A stretch of DNA of 64,000 nt from Gemmatimonadota bacterium (lineage in GTDB: Bacteria; Gemmatimonadota; Gemmatimonadetes; Gemmatimonadales; GWC2-71-9): positions 192,001 to 256,000 of the forward strand of contig JAZDCZ010000419.1 of assembly GCA_036679605.1 (NCBI GenBank), written 5' to 3'. This document shows, piece by piece, positions 58,903 through 64,000 of this stretch (position 1 is the stretch's first letter; every line of letters begins with the position of its first letter). Under the pieces are notes generated by a model that worked only from the letters and a program-made list of their open reading frames with translations, did not search any database and was not told the origin of the DNA. Position numbers and translations under genes: made by a program.

Positions 58903-61401
58903 TTACTGCTGACTCTCGGCCACTGGTTCAGCGCTGCTTTCTTCGTCCGACGGTGGCACCTCCGGTGCGTCTTCCTCAACCACGCGGGCCACGTCTACAA
59001 CAGTGTCACCAGAATCGAGGTTCATTACCCTAACGCCTTGAGTGTTGCGTCCAATTATCCCGATACCCCGGACCGGAACACGGATGATTACGCCGTTGCG
59101 CGTTATCATCATCAATTCATCGTTGGGAACGACTTCCTTTAGCGCCACTATCCGTCCGGTCTTTTCTGTGCGCTTGAGGGTAATAATGCCCTTACCACCC
59201 CTCTTCTGTACCCGGTAGTCCGAAACCTGCGACCGCTTTCCCATACCCCTTTCACTTACTACCAGCAGTGTTGCTTCGCGCTTGACAACTACCATCTCGA
59301 TCACCCAGTCGTCGCCAGCCAATTGAATGCCTCGCACACCGGCGGTCGTACGCCCCATCTCCCTGGCATCCTTCTCACTAAACCGGATGCTCATGCCTTC
59401 GCTCGTAGCCAACACTACGTCGTTCGTGCCGTCGGTAAGCTGGACGTCTATGAGGCGGTCACCCTCATCGATATTGATAGCGTTGATCCCGGTAGCACGC
59501 GGATGTCCATATGCAGACAGAACCGTCTTCTTGACCGTGCCGTTCGATGTGGCAAACATCAAATAGTGCAAGTCGCTGAACTCGCGCACCGCCACAAACG
59601 CAGCGATCCTTTCGTCCGGACGGATTCCCAATAGGTTGATTATCGGCTTCCCGCGGGCTGCCCTACCTCCTTGGGGAATGTCGTACACCTTGAGCCAATA
59701 GACCCGGCCGGATTCGGTAAACGTCAGCACGTAGTCGTGCGTCGAAGCAACGAAGAGGTGCTCTACCCAGTCGTCTTCCTTCGTGCCCATGCCGTTTAGA
59801 CCTCGACCGCCGCGACGCTGGCGCCGGTAGGTCGTCACGGGAATTCGTTTGATGTATCCGGTATGTGAGATCGTGATCACCATATCCTCTTCGGCGATCA
59901 AGTCCTCGATTGCAAAATCACCCTCGTCTGCTATTATCTCGGTCTGCCTCTTGTCCCCGAACCGCTTTAGAATTTCGTCCAACTCGGATTTCAGAATCGC
60001 TAGACGCTTAGGCTTAGAAGCGAGTATCCCCTTGAGTTCCTTGATGAGGTTACGAAGCTCGGCCAACTCGGTCTCGATTTTGTCGGTTTCGAGAGCAGTG
60101 AGCCGCGCGAGCCTCATGTTGAGGATCGCTTCGCTCTGCAGTTCGCTGAGTTCAAACTCTTTCCTGAGGGCAGCATCCGCGGCAGGGACGTCCTTGGCCT
60201 TGCGAATGATTTCGATTACACGGTCGATGTTGTCGACCGCTATCTTGAGTCCCTCGAGAATGTGCTCTCGCGCCCGGGCATGGTCGAGATCGAACTGCGT
60301 ACGTCGAGTGATCACTTCGAGCCTGTGGTCGACGAAGGGCTGCAACATCTCCTTGAGGTTCAGCACCTTCGGGACGCCATCGACCAAAGCGAGCATGATT
60401 GCCCCGAAGGTGGTTTGCATCTGCGTGCGCTTATAGAGTTGATTCAGCACCACGTTCGGATTGGCATCACGCTTCAACTCGATAACGACACGCATCCCGT
60501 CACGATCCGATTCGTCACGGAGATCCGAGATCATGGTGATCTTCTTGCTTCGCACAGTGTCGGCTATCTGCTCGAGCAGACGTGACTTATTGACTTGAAA
60601 CGGGATTTCGGTCACCACTATCTGGAACCTGCCGGACGATTCCTTCTCTTCCACCTGGGCACGCGCTCGCATGATGATCCGACCGCGGCCGCTCTCGTAA
60701 CACTCAGCTATGCCATCCCGGCCATAGATGAAACCACCGGTAGGAAAATCCGGACCCTTGATATGCTGATGGAGATCGCGCGTGCTGCACCCCGGTTCGT
60801 CGATCAGGTGCTTCAGAGCGGCCACAACTTCGCCCAGGTTGTGAGGCGGAATGTTTGTCGCCATTCCGACCGCAATGCCAGTAGATCCGTTGACCAGCAG
60901 ATTGGGAAGTTTGCTCGGCAAAACAGTAGGTTCTTCGAGCCGGTCGTCGAAGTTCGGCGTGAACTCGACGGTGTTCTTATCGATGTCGTCCAGCATCGAT
61001 ACAGCGGTATGAGTGAGACGCACCTCAGTGTAGCGATACGCCGCAGCCCTATCTCCGTCTACGGAACCGAAGTTCCCCTGACCATCTACCAGCGGATATC
61101 GTAGTGAGAAAGTTTGGACCATCCGCACCATTGAGTCATACACTGCCATATCGCCGTGTGGGTGGTACTTGCCGAGTACGTCGCCAACAACGGTGGCGCT
61201 CTTCTTGTACGGCCTGCCGGGCTGGAGACCCAGCTCGTTCATGGCGTAGAGAATCCGGCGATGGACCGGCTTGAGACCGTCCCGCACGTCGGGGAGCGCG
61301 CGTTGGACGATCACACTCATCGAGTAATCGATGAAAGATTCTTTCAGCTCGTCTTCGATCAGCCGGCTGAGGATACGTTCGCGTTGATTGGGGCCTGTCA
61401 T
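58903..61401 (-). CDS. gyrA: DNA gyrase subunit A
   Basis: [25 protein letters not shown], GyrA-box QRRGGRG. Confidence 0.97.
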   Translation of the reverse strand: MTGPNQRERILSRLIEDELKESFIDYSMSVIVQRALPDVRDGLKPVHRRILYAMNELGLQPGRPYKKSATVVGDVLGKYHPHGDMAVYDSMVRMVQTFSLRYPLVDGQGNFGSVDGDRAAAYRYTEVRLTHTAVSMLDDIDKNTVEFTPNFDDRLEEPTVLPSKLPNLLVNGSTGIAVGMATNIPPHNLGEVVAALKHLIDEPGCSTRDLHQHIKGPDFPTGGFIYGRDGIAECYESGRGRIIMRARAQVEEKESSGRFQIVVTEIPFQVNKSRLLEQIADTVRSKKITMISDLRDESDRDGMRVVIELKRDANPNVVLNQLYKRTQMQTTFGAIMLALVDGVPKVLNLKEMLQPFVDHRLEVITRRTQFDLDHARAREHILEGLKIAVDNIDRVIEIIRKAKDVPAADAALRKEFELSELQSEAILNMRLARLTALETDKIETELAELRNLIKELKGILASKPKRLAILKSELDEILKRFGDKRQTEIIADEGDFAIEDLIAEEDMVITISHTGYIKRIPVTTYRRQRRGGRGLNGMGTKEDDWVEHLFVASTHDYVLTFTESGRVYWLKVYDIPQGGRAARGKPIINLLGIRPDERIAAFVAVREFSDLHYLMFATSNGTVKKTVLSAYGHPRATGINAINIDEGDRLIDVQLTDGTNDVVLATSEGMSIRFSEKDAREMGRTTAGVRGIQLAGDDWVIEMVVVKREATLLVVSERGMGKRSQVSDYRVQKRGGKGIITLKRTEKTGRIVALKEVVPNDELMMITRNGVIIRVPVRGIGIIGRNTQGVRVMNLDSGDTVVDVARVVEEDAPEVPPSDEESSAEPVAESQQ

Positions 61402-61423
61402 TTTATCCTGATCGGTATACAGA

Positions 61424-61447
61424 AAAGGGGCCGCTAGCGACCCCTTT
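61424..61447 (-). terminator. Terminator-like hairpin in the gyrA leader
   Basis: Minus strand GGGGTCG-CTAG-CGGCCCC followed by TTTTCT. Confidence 0.5.
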
Positions 61448-61459
61448 GAAGGTCCTCAA

Positions 61460-61488
61460 AGTATACCGATTTCGGGACCGAAAATCAA
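61460..61488 (-). promoter_or_regulatory. Sigma70-type promoter of gyrA
   Basis: TTGATT-N17-TATACT on minus strand. Confidence 0.7.
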
Positions 61489-61597
61489 TCGGTGAAACTC
61501 GGGATAAACCATTCATTTACAGGCAGTTAGGATAGTGCCTCAAAGCGGCCAGTCAACGTCCCGGAACCGGGGCCAACAGGGTAGGCGAACCCCGTGG

Positions 61598-62812
61598 CTA
61601 GAAGGGTACCACCTTAAGCTTCTTGGCGCTCGTGCCCGGTTTACGAGTCGTGATGCTAACGACGCCGTCCGCAGCGCGCTCACCGTAGAGTTTGCGGGCC
61701 GCTTCACCTTTGATCACCTCGATGTGGTCGATGTCAAGCGCGTCGATGTCGATGGTGCCGGCACTCACGATCACGCCATCCACTACGTAGAGTGGCTGCT
61801 TTCTTCCCGTCCGATCATTCCTCAACACGATCGTGGTAGGCTGAAAATAGACCAGTGCGGTGTCTTGGACCAACCGCGCGTTTAACTCTGCCACATCACT
61901 TGTAGTCGGCGGTGTCGGCGCCTCGCACGCGAGGAATCCGGACGCGGCGGCAATTGCGAGCGCCCCTGCCACCCGTGACACGCGGCGACGTGGTTCTGAA
62001 ATCATGATGTTTATTCTCCGTGAGAGGGACGATTGACGTTCCGTTAGCGCAAGAGCCGGCAGAGACCGGCGCCGCACACGGCGATGCATTTCTAGCAGCA
62101 GCAAACCATATTCGCGCGCGCCCACACCGCCCCGGATCATGCGCAGGTCGCAGTCGGCTTCCATGGCCAGTCTCAGGCGGGCCATTTGCCACCAGAGCGC
62201 CACGTTCCAGGGCATTAGCACCAGAGCCACTAATCCGAGCAACAGCAGCCACGGATCGCCCCCTCGAATGTGCTCGCGCTCATGGAGGGCAATGATACGC
62301 TGTACTCTCTTTTCCAATCCGAGTACCCAGTTCGGCAGAACCACGGTCGCCCTCGCGACACCGAAGACCGCGGGCCCGACATCGTCGGACACCAAGACAG
62401 ACGTCCCCCCGACAGTACCGTGTTTCCACTCGTGGCGCTCCCGATTGAGTCGCCAAAATGACCAGAGCAACGAGAGCAGAAGAAGTGTCGAAGACAGAAT
62501 CCAAACGAGGACCAGTGAACCATCCAAAGCCGCAAGTTTCGGCTGCGTCGACACGAGTGTCTCGAACGGGTTGGGCCAGGCAGGAAGAACGGAGAGTGAT
62601 TGTGGATCAACTGGATCGGCAGGGACTTCAAGTGAACCCGCCCCAAGGGAGAACCAGCGCACGGCAGGCAAGCTCAGCGTTCCCAAGAGCGCGAATAACC
62701 AGACCAGCCGGGCCGGGTGCCCGAACGCGCGGAACAATTTCTCCACAAAGGTCGCAGTGATCGTCAGAAGGGCACCTATGGCAAGACCGTAAACCATCCA
62801 AACAGCGATCAT
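61598..62812 (-). CDS. BlaR1/M56 peptidase with C-terminal TonB-plug-like domain
   Basis: GPAVFG, HEREH, WN..EADCD; PLYVVDG..DIDHIEVIKG..YGERAADGVVSITT. Confidence 0.88.
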   Translation of the reverse strand: MIAVWMVYGLAIGALLTITATFVEKLFRAFGHPARLVWLFALLGTLSLPAVRWFSLGAGSLEVPADPVDPQSLSVLPAWPNPFETLVSTQPKLAALDGSLVLVWILSSTLLLLSLLWSFWRLNRERHEWKHGTVGGTSVLVSDDVGPAVFGVARATVVLPNWVLGLEKRVQRIIALHEREHIRGGDPWLLLLGLVALVLMPWNVALWWQMARLRLAMEADCDLRMIRGGVGAREYGLLLLEMHRRVRRRSLPALALTERQSSLSRRINIMISEPRRRVSRVAGALAIAAASGFLACEAPTPPTTSDVAELNARLVQDTALVYFQPTTIVLRNDRTGRKQPLYVVDGVIVSAGTIDIDALDIDHIEVIKGEAARKLYGERAADGVVSITTRKPGTSAKKLKVVPF

Positions 62813-63183
62813 CGGTCCACCTCACTTATCCGTTTGTCGAGCAATTCCCTAATCCGCACCAGTTCCTGCTCTGAAATGTTCTCGTCGGCCACGAGCCGCG
62901 AGATAAGCATCTCGCGCGATCCGCTGTAGATCTTGTCCAGCAACCGGTCGAGCGCACCTTCACCCACCTCGGAGGCCGCGATCAGGGGGTGGTAGCGAAA
63001 CGCCTTGCCATGAGTCTCGTGTCTTACATGGCCCTTCGCTTCCAAGCCCCGGAGCACCGTCAGCACCGTGGTGTAAGCGAGGTCCTCACGCAATCCGCTG
63101 CGCACCTCGGCGACAGTGGCCGAGCCCAGTTGCCATACCACCGACATGACATCCAGCTCGCGGTTCGTCAGATGCACTGCCAT
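62809..63183 (-). CDS. BlaI/MecI/CopY-family repressor
   Basis: LTNRELDVMSVVW, LAYTTVLTVL..LEAKG. Confidence 0.92.
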   Translation of the reverse strand: MAVHLTNRELDVMSVVWQLGSATVAEVRSGLREDLAYTTVLTVLRGLEAKGHVRHETHGKAFRYHPLIAASEVGEGALDRLLDKIYSGSREMLISRLVADENISEQELVRIRELLDKRISEVDR

Positions 63184-63268
63184 GGCATACCACCTAAGGT
63201 ATTGATTTGATGTCAGTTACGATACGCGGCGTGCGCCGCGCAACCCGCAACGCAGCTCACCAGCGATA

Positions 63269-63284
63269 TACTAAGTACTTAGTA
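63269..63284. promoter_or_regulatory. Perfect 16-bp palindrome, probable BlaI operator
   Basis: tactaagt|acttagta upstream of the blaI-like gene. Confidence 0.65.
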
Positions 63285-63307
63285 CATCGTAGAAAGTTCC
63301 ATCGATG

Positions 63308-64000
63308 TCAAGACTGAGGGATGGTCCGTCGCAAACGGTACATGACCAGGTACGGTTCGCCTCCGTCGTCATCGTAGGCTCCGAGGATGTGGTCCTGACC
63401 GATCTCATACACGCTCATGTATCGTGGCAAGGAAACATCCCCGACAACCTGACCGTCCGAGCGAATGGCGCGCAGCCGAGTCTCGGCGTCGCCCGCTAGC
63501 GAAAGCTGCACCCACAACAACCCCGAAGGATCGGCCAGCAATGACGCGTAGGGTGGCAAATACTCCGGCATCGGACGTTGCAGCATGATTTGCTTCAGAG
63601 CTTCGCGATCGGCTACGAGGCCCAGGCCCACCACTATTGCATCAACCGATCGCTCGAAGTGCTCCATAGTCGGCGGCCGCAACGCCACATCCACAGACAA
63701 CACTGCCACATCATTTCCATCAATACTGTACGCATCGATGAACGCCGAGTCCTTGGTGCCGACATACAGGATGTCGTCGGTGACGGCAATACTGGTGACC
63801 TTGCCGAGCGGCCCGCCTTCGTAAGCCGGTACCTCTGCGAACTCTCGCGTGACCACGCCGCCTGCATCAGCCAGGAACATCCGGGCGCCATAGCGATCCC
63901 AGGCACTGCTCGTGTGCTGCGGTGTCTCGATGAACACGAGCGTACCTTGTCGCGAGCAACTGACAAGCCATGCAGGAGCAGATGACGGATCGACCGGCAG
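63308..64000 (-). CDS. 6-bladed beta-propeller protein (5' end outside window)
   Basis: PPYASLLADPSGLLWV, YEIGQDHILG; C-terminus resembles 17325-18566. Confidence 0.7.
   Translation of the reverse strand: MPVDPSSAPAWLVSCSRQGTLVFIETPQHTSSAWDRYGARMFLADAGGVVTREFAEVPAYEGGPLGKVTSIAVTDDILYVGTKDSAFIDAYSIDGNDVAVLSVDVALRPPTMEHFERSVDAIVVGLGLVADREALKQIMLQRPMPEYLPPYASLLADPSGLLWVQLSLAGDAETRLRAIRSDGQVVGDVSLPRYMSVYEIGQDHILGAYDDDGGEPYLVMYRLRRTIPQS

Noticed and set aside
1..64000. CRISPR arrays, tRNA/rRNA, selenocysteine or recoding signals
   Set aside because: No regularly spaced repeats, cloverleaf-like intergenic segments or in-frame TGA at catalytic positions seen by eye; tRNAscan/Infernal would be decisive

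Overview
Bacterial chromosomal segment, about 50 tightly packed CDSs. Gene content (MacAB-TolC-type operon with Gly-rich insert, repeated 6-bladed propeller lipoproteins, BlaI/M56-TonB-plug pair, ECF/zf-HC2/PDZ operon) suggests Gemmatimonadota (inference). No rRNA, tRNA, CRISPR array, integrase or transposase was recognised. The backbone includes leuS, gyrA, serA, thrB, NAD salvage, an hcrCAB-like molybdoenzyme and several DinB proteins. The main discovery is a ~9.4 kb integrase-less island (28869-38331) bounded by two diverged copies of the last 84 nt of leuS. It holds an apparently self-contained cell-envelope system: an ECF sigma, an anti-sigma fused to a periplasmic thioredoxin (CAPC) domain, a 72-aa secreted Cys-rich peptide, a beta-propeller lipoprotein, a subtilisin lipoprotein, an Asp-box lipoprotein and a serpin lipoprotein. 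Three copies of a 31-bp promoter-like motif (TGTAACCTTT-N13-CCCCTGTA) sit in front of the sigma, peptide and protease genes and tie the module into one predicted regulon.
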